Assembly (NCBI GenBank): GCA_030654155.1
Contig: JAURYA010000094.1
Location: 1-61,618 of the forward strand
Source of the DNA: Sulfurimonas sp.
GTDB taxonomy: Bacteria; Campylobacterota; Campylobacteria; Campylobacterales; Sulfurimonadaceae
DNA length: 61,618 nt
Reading direction: 5' to 3'
Numbering within the stretch: position 1 is the stretch's first letter; each line of letters begins with the position of its first letter. Both the position numbers and the translations under genes were made by a program. The notes beneath the pieces were generated by a model. It was given only the letters and a program-made list of their open reading frames with translations, searched no databases and was not told the DNA's origin. Positions 9,751 through 19,589 of the stretch are shown one piece after another.

Positions 9751-11448
9751 ATGGATTTTAAAGTACTTTTTTCACAATTAGTTGTTCTATTTGCTAAGCT
9801 AACAAAGCAACAGAGGATTATTATTGGCTCTGCCGTTGTCGGTATAGTAGCATTTGTAATTTTTTTGGTAGTTTATACGGCAAAAAAAGATGAACTTAGC
9901 AAGTATGAAGTGCTTTTTGATTCTTTAACTTCAGAAGATGCTGCAAAAGTTATTGAGCAGTTGGAAAAAGACAATATTCCTTATGAGATACTAGACAAAA
10001 ATGTTATAAAAGTTCCAAAAAATGTTGTTTACAAGGAGCGTATTGCTATCGCTTCGCTAGGGATTCCAAAAAACAGCGGGGTCGGTTTCGAGCTCTTTGA
10101 CAATCAAGAGTTTGGCGCAACAAGTTTTGACCAAAATGTAAAATATCTTCGCGCATTAGAGGGAGAGCTCTCCCGCACAATAGATGCGCTTGCACCGATT
10201 GAGCGTGCCAGTGTCAGTTTAGCTCTGCCTAAAGATTCACTTTTTGTTGAGAAGCAGACAGAGCCAACCGCGTCTGTTATGCTTCAGTTGGTTGAGGGAA
10301 GCAACCTCACTTCAAAACAAATCAGAGGTATTAAAAATCTAGTTGCCGCAGCGGTACCAAATCTTAAACCAACGAACGTAATGCTTATTGATAATGACGG
10401 TGAAACATTGGGTGATGAAAATGAGATGGCTCAACTGAGCGAACTATCATCTGCTCAGCAAAATTTCAAAACAAAAGAAGAGAAGAAAAAACAGAGAAAG
10501 ATTGTAGAAGTTGTCTCTCCTTTTGTCGGCGGAGAGCAAAAAGTTGTTGCTCAGGTTACGATAGAGTTTGATTTTTCCATTCAAAACTCAACCTCAGAGG
10601 TATTTGACCCGGAAAATGTTGTCAGAAGCGAGCAGGTCAGCGAAGAAAAAAGAGAGGGAGCAACTCCGCCTGACGTTGGCGGTGTTCCCGGAACCGTTAG
10701 CAATATAGGTCCGGTTGAAGGACTCTCAAGCAATCAAACCAGTGAAAAATATGAAAAAAATACAGGAACAACTAATTATGAAGTAGGCAAAACCGTCTCA
10801 ACTACAAAGAGCGAGTTTGCACGCATAAAAAGAGTTACAGCCGCAGTTGTTGTAGATGGAAAATATAAGTACAAAGTTGATGCGGACTCAAAGCCGACAG
10901 ATGAGCTAGAGTACGAAGCGCTTAGTGAGAGTGATTTGGAAGCTATTTCAGCGCTAGTTAGCCGTTCTATCGGCATTAGCGAGGAGCGAGGAGACCAGAT
11001 AAGTGTCCAAAACCTCCAGTTTAAAGCACCTGATGCGGATGTAGCACAAAAAAGAGTTAATCAAGCTGTTATGTTTTCTCAAACATATTTGGCGCCGTTC
11101 TCTGAGCTATTTAAATATATGTTTGTGCTTCTGCTTCTTCTTGTCATTTATAAAAAAGTTATCTCTCCGTTTGCACAGAGGATGCTTGAAATTTCTAAAG
11201 AAGATGATGAGCTCAGTAAGCCGCATTTGTCTATAGAAAATGATGAAGATGAAGATCTGGTAGAAAAAGTTCAAACAATGCGCCGAAAAGTTGAAGAACA
11301 ACTTGGTGTTGGAGAAGGATTTAATGAAGATGAACTTAAATATGATGTTCTTCTTGAGAAAATTAGAGCTATGGCTGAAGAGTCCCCTGAGGCAGTCGCT
11401 CTAGTTCTTCAAGCTTTGCTATCAGAAGAATCTGAAACTACCAAGTAA
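9751..11448 (+). CDS. fliF: Flagellar M-ring protein
   Basis: N-terminal TM, GVGFELFD, FGATSF, RALEGELSRTI, PTASV, RSEQ, GGVPG, NYEV; followed by fliG and fliH. Confidence 0.97.
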   Translation: MDFKVLFSQLVVLFAKLTKQQRIIIGSAVVGIVAFVIFLVVYTAKKDELSKYEVLFDSLTSEDAAKVIEQLEKDNIPYEILDKNVIKVPKNVVYKERIAIASLGIPKNSGVGFELFDNQEFGATSFDQNVKYLRALEGELSRTIDALAPIERASVSLALPKDSLFVEKQTEPTASVMLQLVEGSNLTSKQIRGIKNLVAAAVPNLKPTNVMLIDNDGETLGDENEMAQLSELSSAQQNFKTKEEKKKQRKIVEVVSPFVGGEQKVVAQVTIEFDFSIQNSTSEVFDPENVVRSEQVSEEKREGATPPDVGGVPGTVSNIGPVEGLSSNQTSEKYEKNTGTTNYEVGKTVSTTKSEFARIKRVTAAVVVDGKYKYKVDADSKPTDELEYEALSESDLEAISALVSRSIGISEERGDQISVQNLQFKAPDADVAQKRVNQAVMFSQTYLAPFSELFKYMFVLLLLLVIYKKVISPFAQRMLEISKEDDELSKPHLSIENDEDEDLVEKVQTMRRKVEEQLGVGEGFNEDELKYDVLLEKIRAMAEESPEAVALVLQALLSEESETTK

Positions 11449-11467
11449 AAAGTAAGAGGAAAAACAG

Positions 11468-12496
11468 ATGAATTTAAGTCCAACGCAACAGGCCAAGTTT
11501 GATGAGATGAGCATGGGGCAGAAGATGGCGATTATGCTTATGCAAATAGGCGAAGACGCTACATCTGCAATATTCTCAAATATGAGTGTTGACGCGATTA
11601 CTGAAGTTTCAAAACATATTGCTACAAACAAAAGTGTAGAGAAATCTGTTGCAACGGCAATACTTGAAGAGTTTTATGCCATTTTCCAATCCGGACAGTT
11701 TATTACATCCGGCGGACTAGAGTATGCGAGAGAGCTTCTTTATAGAACTTTAGGCCCTGAAGAGGCAAAAAAGATTTTAGAAAAACTCTCAAAAAGCATG
11801 CAGGAGACTCAGAATTTTGCATACCTCTCAAAAATAAAGCCTCAGCAGTTATCAGACTTTATTATTAATGAGCATCCTCAAACAATCGCGCTTATCTTAG
11901 CCCACATGGATGCAACAGAGGCGGCAGATACGCTTCAATACTTCCCAGATGACCTTAGAAGTGAAGTCTCTATGAGAATGGCAAAACTCGGCGATATCTC
12001 TCCATCTGTAATTAAAAGAGTTTCAGCAGTTTTAGAGTCTAAGCTTGAATCTCTTGCTTCATACAAAGTTGAAGTCGGCGGACCTCGCGCTGTTGCCGAC
12101 ATCTTTAACCGTCTTGGAGCAAAAGCGTCAAAAGAGACACTTGCTAAGATTGAAGAGAGAGATGAAGAGATGTCAAATCTAATCAAAGAGATGATGTTTA
12201 CATTTGAAGATATTCAAAAACTGGATAAAAATGCAATTACCGAGATTCTAAAAGCTGTTGATAAACCTGACTTAATGTTGGGTCTTAAGAGTGCGCCTGA
12301 AGATCTCAAGCAGAAATTCTTTAGCGCAATGAGTGATAGAGCTAAAGAGGCGTTTGAAGAAGAGATGCAGTTCTTGGGTGCTGTAAAAATGAAAGAGGTT
12401 GAAGGTGCTCAGAGAAGAATCGTTGAAGTGGTAAACGGCCTTGCTGAGACTGGACTAATCCAATTAGGATCTTCCTCGGAAGAGATGGTGGATTAA
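11468..12496 (+). CDS. fliG: Flagellar motor switch protein
   Basis: EHPQTIALIL, GG linker, MFTFED motif. Confidence 0.97.
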   Translation: MNLSPTQQAKFDEMSMGQKMAIMLMQIGEDATSAIFSNMSVDAITEVSKHIATNKSVEKSVATAILEEFYAIFQSGQFITSGGLEYARELLYRTLGPEEAKKILEKLSKSMQETQNFAYLSKIKPQQLSDFIINEHPQTIALILAHMDATEAADTLQYFPDDLRSEVSMRMAKLGDISPSVIKRVSAVLESKLESLASYKVEVGGPRAVADIFNRLGAKASKETLAKIEERDEEMSNLIKEMMFTFEDIQKLDKNAITEILKAVDKPDLMLGLKSAPEDLKQKFFSAMSDRAKEAFEEEMQFLGAVKMKEVEGAQRRIVEVVNGLAETGLIQLGSSSEEMVD

Positions 12497-12497
12497 T

Positions 12498-13292
12498 TTG
12501 GCAAGTATAATTACCAGCGATAGAATTAAAAGCCACAATGTCGATAAGTATAACTTCAAGGTGTTGGCGTATGGTTCGGAACCGGATGATGAGTTTGTTG
12601 AATCCTCATTTGCAAAGAAGCAGCCTGAAGCTGAGGTACAACATCAAGTAAGGGATAGAGAAGTAGATTCAAGCGCTATGACTCAAAGCTCTAAGGACTC
12701 TTTGATAGAGTCGCTGTTAAATAAAACTGATGAGATGTCATCCAACTTTATTAAACTTCAAATGAAGCTAGAGAGCATGAGTGATGAGCATAAGACAGAG
12801 ATTCAAAAAATCAAAGAAGAGTCTTATGCAGCCGGACTAGAAGCAGGCAAAGAAAAAGCTCTTAAAGATGACGAAAAGAGCGTTTCAACAGTCGTAGCTC
12901 AATATAGTTCATCTATTGAAAAGCTTGAAAAAAATGCAAAAGAGTTTGAAAATGCGCTTGAGGGAATTAAAAAAGAGTTAATAAACGCAGCCCTAGATAT
13001 CTCAAAAGAGGTGATTAAGGTCGAGCTCAGCGAGAACTCAAGCAGAGTGGCGAGTATTTTGGCACAGGAGCTGATTAAAGAGTTGCAAAGCGCCTCTAAA
13101 GTCACTCTTAAAGTAAATCCAAAAGATCACGGAGCAATTTCACAGGCTGTTGGCTCTTTGGCGCATGTTGAAGTTATGTCAGACAGTGCGGTAAGCCTTG
13201 GCGGAGTTATAGCGATTAGCGATGCAGGCAACATAGATGCACAAATTTCCAAAAGATTTGAACGAGTTAAAAGGGCAGCTTTAAGTGAGTAA
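12498..13292 (+). CDS. fliH: Flagellar assembly protein FliH
   Basis: Follows fliG; short AxxxGxxxG run (YAAGLEAG); LKVNPKD and D..V..GG...S..G.ID C-terminus. Confidence 0.9.
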   Translation: MASIITSDRIKSHNVDKYNFKVLAYGSEPDDEFVESSFAKKQPEAEVQHQVRDREVDSSAMTQSSKDSLIESLLNKTDEMSSNFIKLQMKLESMSDEHKTEIQKIKEESYAAGLEAGKEKALKDDEKSVSTVVAQYSSSIEKLEKNAKEFENALEGIKKELINAALDISKEVIKVELSENSSRVASILAQELIKELQSASKVTLKVNPKDHGAISQAVGSLAHVEVMSDSAVSLGGVIAISDAGNIDAQISKRFERVKRAALSE

Positions 13293-13301
13293 AACAGATA
13301 T

Positions 13302-15122
13302 ATGAATATAAAATCAAGCAGAATAAAAGAGTTGGAAAATCTTTGCAAAGAGATTAGAGAAGAGATACTAAGAGTAGTTAGTAAAAATGGCGGACACTTA
13401 AGCTCAACCCTCGGTGCGACAGAGCTAATTGTAGCGATGCATGAGGTTTTTGACTCTAAAAAAGATCCTTTTATTTTTGACGTATCGCATCAGGCATATG
13501 CGCATAAACTTTTGACTGGAAGAAGGAAAGAGTTTGATACGCTAAGACAATTCAACGGCTTATGCGGATATACAAAGCCAAGCGAGAGTGAGCACGACTA
13601 TTTTGTAGCGGGGCACAGTTCTACATCTATCTCTCTGGGCGTAGGCGCTGCTAAGGCTATTGCGCTTAAGGGCGAGCAAAACTCAAGGGTTCCGGTAGTT
13701 ATGATAGGCGATGGAGCTATGACGGCAGGTATGGTTTATGAGGCTTTGAATGAGTTGGGTGAGAAAAAATATCCGATGGTAATCATACTTAACGATAATG
13801 AGATGAGCATATCAAAGCCAATCGGGGCGATAAGCAGAATTCTTAGCTCGGCAATGGCGTCGCCGTTTTATCAAACTTTCAAGAAACACACTGAAAATTT
13901 TGTGGATAATTTTGGGGAGGGTGCCCACTATATCGCAAAAAGAATGGAGGAGTCGCTTAAGCTTATAACTCCTGGGATTATGTTTGAAGAGATGGGAATT
14001 AACTATATCGGACCGGTTGACGGACATAACTTAAGCCAGCTCATAGATATATTGGAAAAAGCAAAAGAGCTAAAAAGACCCGTTATTATCCACGCACAGA
14101 CCATTAAAGGCAAGGGTTATGAGATAGCCGAGGGCAAGGACGAGAAGTGGCATGGTGTTGGACCTTTTGATATAGAGAGTGGAGCAAGTGCGAAAAAAAG
14201 TACGCAAAAGAGCGCAACTCAAATATACACAGAGGCGCTGCTTCATCTTGCAAAAAATAATGAAAAAATTGTCGGTGCTACGGCAGCTATGCCAAGCGGA
14301 ACAGGTTTAAGTGAACTTATGGAACTCTATCCAAATAGATTTTGGGATGTGGCAATAGCGGAGCAACATGCGGTTACATCAATGGCAGCACTCGCAAAAG
14401 AGGGATTTAAGCCGTTTTGTACCATATACTCTACATTTCTGCAACGCGGATATGACCAAATCATTCATGATACCTGTTTGATGAACCTTCCTGTTGTTTT
14501 TGCGCTTGATCGAGCTGGGATAGTCGGAGAGGACGGAGAGACTCATCAAGGTGTTTTTGACATAAGTTTTTTAAGAGCTGTTCCAAATATGACGCTTTTT
14601 GCTCCAAGAGATGAGAAGAGTTTTCATCAGGCTATGGCGTTTGCGGCTGAGTTTCCTCACCCGTGCTCGCTTAGATATCCAAGAGGCTCGTTTACCGAGA
14701 CAGATTTGCCTGAATCTCTGGGGTTTGAGTTGGCAAAGTCTCAACTGCTTCGCTCAAGCAAGAGCGATATTTTATTTATCGGTTATGGCAACGGCGTGGG
14801 GCGTGCTTATGAGACGGCCGGCTTTTTGGATTTTGAAGTAGCCATTTTGGATTTGCGATTTGTAAAACCGCTTGATGCAGAGATGCTTCGTGAACTTTCA
14901 AAAAAACATAAAAAGTGGTTTGTCTTTAGCGACAGCTCAAAAATGGGCGGAGTCGGAAGCGCTATCTTAGAGTTTTTATCTAATGAAAAGATTCTACATG
15001 TAGAAGTTGTAAGTTTTGAATATGAGGATAAATTTATAACTCACGGAAACACAAAACAGGTAGAGGAGTCATTGGGACTTTTGCCTGAACAGCTTGCACA
15101 AAAGGTTAGAGAGTCAATTTAA
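13302..15122 (+). CDS. dxs: 1-deoxy-D-xylulose-5-phosphate synthase
   Basis: GGHLSS.LG, DVSHQAY.HK, GHSSTS, GDGA...G...EALN, DVAIAEQHA, YSTFLQR, DRAG.VGEDG.TH. Confidence 0.97.
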   Translation: MNIKSSRIKELENLCKEIREEILRVVSKNGGHLSSTLGATELIVAMHEVFDSKKDPFIFDVSHQAYAHKLLTGRRKEFDTLRQFNGLCGYTKPSESEHDYFVAGHSSTSISLGVGAAKAIALKGEQNSRVPVVMIGDGAMTAGMVYEALNELGEKKYPMVIILNDNEMSISKPIGAISRILSSAMASPFYQTFKKHTENFVDNFGEGAHYIAKRMEESLKLITPGIMFEEMGINYIGPVDGHNLSQLIDILEKAKELKRPVIIHAQTIKGKGYEIAEGKDEKWHGVGPFDIESGASAKKSTQKSATQIYTEALLHLAKNNEKIVGATAAMPSGTGLSELMELYPNRFWDVAIAEQHAVTSMAALAKEGFKPFCTIYSTFLQRGYDQIIHDTCLMNLPVVFALDRAGIVGEDGETHQGVFDISFLRAVPNMTLFAPRDEKSFHQAMAFAAEFPHPCSLRYPRGSFTETDLPESLGFELAKSQLLRSSKSDILFIGYGNGVGRAYETAGFLDFEVAILDLRFVKPLDAEMLRELSKKHKKWFVFSDSSKMGGVGSAILEFLSNEKILHVEVVSFEYEDKFITHGNTKQVEESLGLLPEQLAQKVRESI

Positions 15123-15173
15123 TTGTTTATAACTCTGATATAATCATAGAAGTTTAATATAAGTGAGGCAATA

Positions 15174-15857
15174 ATGAAGAGAGTTGTTAGTGCAGTTTTG
15201 ATTTGTCTTTTTACATCGGCAAATGCTTTTGATTTTGATATTGGAGTTTCAGGCGGGGACAGAGGAGTTGATGGATTTTCTTTCTCGATAGGTGATTATT
15301 ATAATGTTCCGCAAACTGACGTTGTTATAGTTGAGCGCACTATCCCAAGGGAAGATGTGAATGTAGCCTATTTTTTAGCGCGAAGAGCGCATAGAGATGT
15401 AAGGTTTATTACAAATTTACGACTTAGCGGTAAGAGTTGGTGGGATATAAGCTTGCGTCTGGGACTTGATCCACGCACTATTTATGTGGTTGATACTTAT
15501 AATAACTACGGTCCTCCGTACGGCAATGCTTACGGGTACCATAAAAAAAATCATCGATTAAGCGACAGAGAGATTTTAGAGTTGGTGAATGTCCGTTTTT
15601 TATCTGACTACCATAGAATAAGTCCTGATGAGGTTATAGAGCGCAGACAAAGAGGAACCCACTACTATTACGACAGAGATGAGCATCGTGACAGAAGACA
15701 CAAAGTAGAAAAATACGACGAAAAAAGATATAAAAAAGATAGAGAAAGAGAAGAGTATAGAGATAGACGAGAGATTCGAAATAAGACAAACAAAAAAGAA
15801 GATAGTAATAAAAATGACAAAAGAGGAAACGGCAATAATGAGAGGGGCAGAGATTAA
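15174..15857 (+). CDS. Secreted hypothetical protein with GPPYGNAYGY motif and charged low-complexity tail
   Basis: Signal peptide ending in ANA; tail rich in D/E/R/K/N; GAGG Shine-Dalgarno. Confidence 0.75.
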   Translation: MKRVVSAVLICLFTSANAFDFDIGVSGGDRGVDGFSFSIGDYYNVPQTDVVIVERTIPREDVNVAYFLARRAHRDVRFITNLRLSGKSWWDISLRLGLDPRTIYVVDTYNNYGPPYGNAYGYHKKNHRLSDREILELVNVRFLSDYHRISPDEVIERRQRGTHYYYDRDEHRDRRHKVEKYDEKRYKKDREREEYRDRREIRNKTNKKEDSNKNDKRGNGNNERGRD

Positions 15858-15870
15858 TAATATCTCTGCA

Positions 15871-16593
15871 CTACTTTAACATTAAAACTCCGGCAAATCT
15901 GCCTGTTTTTGCTTCGGCTCTGTAAGAGAAATATCTCTGTGTGTTGCAGCAAGTGCAATCATCGCAAAACTCGATATTCTCTTCTTTAATTTTGCAAGAG
16001 AGCAGTTGGGCGCGGAGAATTTTACCGACATCAAGGTAAAAGTTCTCGCCTCTTTTTTGCATAGCATACTCTAAACCTTTCTCTTTTGCCTCGTCGTAAA
16101 TCTCGCTTCCAACCTCATAACAGCATACTCCGATGCTGGCACCAATACTTACATGTACATTTTTTGGCTCAGAGCCAAACTCAGTTTCCATCTTCTCAAT
16201 AACATTTTTTACTATGTTTTTAAATGCTCCTTGGCGTCCTGCATGAGCCGCCGCAATAACCTTTTTTTTATCGTCGTAAAATAGCAAAGGGGAGCAGTCG
16301 GCAACCATAACCATAAGCGGAGTGTTTGTTTTGTTTGTCATAAGAGCGTCGCACGTCGGAGGGGTTTCAAAATCATCATTTGTAACTACATGTACGATGT
16401 CGGAGTGAATCTGCTTCATATGCACGAGTGAGTTTTTTTCGTAGTTTAGCTCTTTAGCCAAAACAGCGTGATTTTTTTCTACATGTAGCTTTTCATCGCC
16501 TACGTGAAACGCCAGATTTCCGCTCTCTTTTGTGGTAAAAGAGTGGAGAAGATTTGGAAATAGAGTCAATTTTTTACTATAATAGAATTTCAT
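15871..16593 (-). CDS. pgeF: PgeF/YfiH-family (laccase-like domain) protein
   Basis: NLAFHVGD, QIHSD, DAL.T, ADC.P, AHAGRQG, CCYEV, CTCC...YFSYR, GR motifs. Start set at ATG 16593. Confidence 0.93.
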   Translation of the reverse strand: MKFYYSKKLTLFPNLLHSFTTKESGNLAFHVGDEKLHVEKNHAVLAKELNYEKNSLVHMKQIHSDIVHVVTNDDFETPPTCDALMTNKTNTPLMVMVADCSPLLFYDDKKKVIAAAHAGRQGAFKNIVKNVIEKMETEFGSEPKNVHVSIGASIGVCCYEVGSEIYDEAKEKGLEYAMQKRGENFYLDVGKILRAQLLSCKIKEENIEFCDDCTCCNTQRYFSYRAEAKTGRFAGVLMLK

Positions 16594-16621
16594 GGAAAAA
16601 TTATATCCAAAAGGGGATGTT

Positions 16622-18727
16622 TTGAGTAAGTTTAGTTTATATCCCGTCACTTTAGACGGGTCGGATACAGAGTCAAAGAGAGAAGAGATAAGGGCATATT
16701 TTCACAATACTTACGATATTTTTGAGAAGATTTTTGAAGTTTTAAAAGACGATGGGGTCTTTTACCAAAAGTCAGAGATAACGCGCCATCCTATGATATT
16801 TTATTTTGGACACACCGCCACTTTTTTTGTAAATAAATTAATAAATATGAAGATAATAAAAGAGAGAATAAACCCAGAGTTTGAGTCCATCTTTGCCGTG
16901 GGCGTAGATGAGATGGAGTGGGATGATACAAATGGCACGCACTACAAGTGGCCAAAAGTGGATGATGTCAGAGCGTACAGAATAAAGGTAAGAAATCTTG
17001 TTGATGAGCTTATAACGTCGCTTCCAATGACTCTGCCAATCAGGCAGGAATCGCCGATGTGGATAATTTTAATGGGCATAGAGCATGAGCGTATCCATAT
17101 AGAGACTTCTCTGGTTCTGCACCGCCAGATGCCGCTTAAAGATGTCAAAGAGGTGAAAGAGTTTAACATCTGCCCGCACAGCTCAGAGGCTCCCAAAAAT
17201 GAGATGATAAGCATAGAGGGCGGCGATGTAATTTTGGGAAAAGAGAAGTCGCACAACCTCTACGGCTGGGATAACGAATATGGAAAATTCAATCAACATG
17301 TAGAAAAATTTAAAGCGTCAAAATATCTGGTAAGCAACGCCGAGTTTATGGAGTTTGTTAAAGATGGCGGATATGAAAATAGCGAATTTTGGGATGATGA
17401 GGGGAAGAAGTTTTTATCTATAAGCGGCGCAAAACATCCTACTTTTTGGGTTTTAGAAGAGGGCAAGTATAGATACAGAACGCTTTATAAACTCATAAAT
17501 ATGCCGCTTGACTGGCCTGTGGATGTAAACGCACTCGAAGCTGAGGCATTTTGCCGCTACAAAAGCAAAAAAGATGGGGTTATCTACTCTTTGCCAAGCG
17601 AGGCGGAGCATAGGCTGATATACGATTATGCAGGTTTGCGGGATATTCCTGACTTTCATGAGAGCAGGGCAAACCTAAACTTTTACCATTACTTTAGCTC
17701 ATGCCCCGTAAACGAGTTTGGTTTTAACGGCATATACGATGTTGTGGGAAACGTCTGGCAGTGGAGTAGAACTCCGATATTCGGCTTTGAGGGATTTGAA
17801 GTTCATCCGGCATATGACGACTTTTCCGTGCCTACTTTTGACAACAGACATGCGCTGATTTTAGGCTCATCATGGGCAAGCAGCGGAAACATGATAATGA
17901 AACACTCCCGCTACGCATTTCGCAAACACTTTTTTCAAAATGCCGGTTTTAGATATGTTGTCTCAAAGAGCGATGTAAAGGTTGAAAATGATGTTTACGA
18001 GAGCGATGAGCTGGTATCGCAGTACTGCGAATTTCAGTACGGCGATGAGAACTTCGGCGTTAAAAACTTTGCAATAGAGTGCGCAAAAATAGCCTCAAAA
18101 TTTGCAAAAAACCACACAAAAGCGCTTGATTTGGGATGTGCAACCGGACGTGCAGCTTTTGAGCTTGCAAAAAGTTTTGATGAGGTAGAGGGGATTGACT
18201 TCTCGGCTAGATTTATAGGCGTGGGCGTAAAACTAAAAAGTGACGGATACATCGCATTTGCTTCAAAAACCGAGGGCGGTTTGGTGCATAAAAAAAAGGT
18301 GACCATAGAGGAACTTGGCTATGAAAATCTAAAAGAGAGAGTTTCTTTCTGGCAAGGTGACGCATGTAACCTCAAGCCAAATTTTAACTCTTACGATTTG
18401 GTAGTGGCGACAAATCTCATAGACAGGCTCTACAATCCTAGACTATTTTTGGACAGCGTTCATGAGAGGCTAAACAGCGATGGCGTTTTGATTTTAACAT
18501 CGCCATACACTTGGCAGGAGAGCTCAACCAAAAAAGAGTTCTGGCTAGGCGGTTACAAAGATGAAAACGGCAAAGAGATAAAAACCATCGATACGCTAAA
18601 AGAGATTTTGGGCAAAGATTTTGAGCTTTTACATATTCAGGATTTGGAGTTTATCATAAAAGAAACGGCAAGAAAGTTTCAGCACAGCGTTGCAGAGGTT
18701 AGCGTTTGGAGGAAAAGAAATCTTTAG
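16622..18727 (+). CDS. ovoA: 5-histidylcysteine sulfoxide synthase with C-terminal SAM methyltransferase (ovothiol biosynthesis)
   Basis: DinB-like domain RHPMIFYFGHT, GVDEM.W, iron-binding HERIHIE (HX3HXE), FGE-sulfatase domain (YGWDNEYG, GNVWQW, HPAYDDF, AFR.HF.Q.AGFR), methyltransferase LDLGCATGR. Probable TTG start at 16622 behind AAGGGG; ATG 16592 is the alternative. Confidence 0.93.
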   Translation: MSKFSLYPVTLDGSDTESKREEIRAYFHNTYDIFEKIFEVLKDDGVFYQKSEITRHPMIFYFGHTATFFVNKLINMKIIKERINPEFESIFAVGVDEMEWDDTNGTHYKWPKVDDVRAYRIKVRNLVDELITSLPMTLPIRQESPMWIILMGIEHERIHIETSLVLHRQMPLKDVKEVKEFNICPHSSEAPKNEMISIEGGDVILGKEKSHNLYGWDNEYGKFNQHVEKFKASKYLVSNAEFMEFVKDGGYENSEFWDDEGKKFLSISGAKHPTFWVLEEGKYRYRTLYKLINMPLDWPVDVNALEAEAFCRYKSKKDGVIYSLPSEAEHRLIYDYAGLRDIPDFHESRANLNFYHYFSSCPVNEFGFNGIYDVVGNVWQWSRTPIFGFEGFEVHPAYDDFSVPTFDNRHALILGSSWASSGNMIMKHSRYAFRKHFFQNAGFRYVVSKSDVKVENDVYESDELVSQYCEFQYGDENFGVKNFAIECAKIASKFAKNHTKALDLGCATGRAAFELAKSFDEVEGIDFSARFIGVGVKLKSDGYIAFASKTEGGLVHKKKVTIEELGYENLKERVSFWQGDACNLKPNFNSYDLVVATNLIDRLYNPRLFLDSVHERLNSDGVLILTSPYTWQESSTKKEFWLGGYKDENGKEIKTIDTLKEILGKDFELLHIQDLEFIIKETARKFQHSVAEVSVWRKRNL

Positions 18728-18814
18728 TTTTGTTTTTATCATAATTTAAACTGTATAATATTTTAAAAATTTATAGCATCTCAATCAATTTAAATAAGAA
18801 AAAAGGTAAATAAA

Positions 18815-19450
18815 ATGGCTAAATATTACCCACCAATATTTCAAGAGAAACAATTTAATTGCGTACATTGCGGAGTTTTTGCAAAACAAAATTGGTTTTC
18901 TACTGAATATTTAGATGGTTATAATAGACCATCCCTTGAGTACTCTCTTTGCATTTGTGAACATTGTGAAAAGGAATCTTTATGGAAAGATGAAACAGAA
19001 ACTCTTTTGGACCCAAGAGAAACGATTCATTTACCGTCTCATGAAGATATGCCACAAGAAATTAAATCATTATATGATGAAGCTTTAAGTGTGGTTGATT
19101 TATCTCCAAAAGCAGCGGGCGCACTTTTAAGACTTGCTATGCAGCATTTGATGCCATTAATAGGCGCAAATACAGGAAAACTTGATAAAGATATAGCAAA
19201 ACTTGTATCTGAGGGATTACCTGAACAAGTAAAGCAGGCGCTTGATTATTGCCGAGTTATAGGAAATAATGCAGTTCATCCAAATGAAATAAATCTTGAT
19301 GATACTCCAGAAATGGCGCATACTATGTTTGAGATGATAAATTTTATAGTTGAAGAAAAAATAGCAAAACCAAATAGAATTAAAGAAATGTTTAATAAAT
19401 TACCATCAGGTGCTATTGCTTCTATAGAAAAAAGAGATGCCAAATCATAA
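18815..19450 (+). CDS. DUF4145 (HEPN-like) protein with N-terminal Zn ribbon
   Basis: CVHC and CEHC pairs; Y.EA......SPKAA..LLR helices; RVIGNNAVH motif. Confidence 0.8.
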   Translation: MAKYYPPIFQEKQFNCVHCGVFAKQNWFSTEYLDGYNRPSLEYSLCICEHCEKESLWKDETETLLDPRETIHLPSHEDMPQEIKSLYDEALSVVDLSPKAAGALLRLAMQHLMPLIGANTGKLDKDIAKLVSEGLPEQVKQALDYCRVIGNNAVHPNEINLDDTPEMAHTMFEMINFIVEEKIAKPNRIKEMFNKLPSGAIASIEKRDAKS

Positions 19451-19589
19451 ATTAATGAAAAAATTAAGATAGATAACTTAACTTAGAAAATATTACAAAA
19501 TGACAGATTTTGCAAGGCGGACAAGATTTTTAGTTAGTATCAAATAAAGAAGTTAATTTTTATAATCAGATATTAAAAAAGGCAATACG

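Noticed and set aside
16622-18727. Selenium variant (OvsA/SenA) or EgtB instead of OvoA
   Set aside because: No selenophosphate synthetase or selenosugar synthase gene nearby; the C-terminal methyltransferase and HPxYDDF motif fit OvoA.
19470-19540. attC-like site after DUF4145 (ACTTAAC ... GTTAGTA with an inner hairpin)
   Set aside because: The right core does not fit GTTRRRY, the L boxes pair poorly, there is no second such site and no integron integrase in the window.
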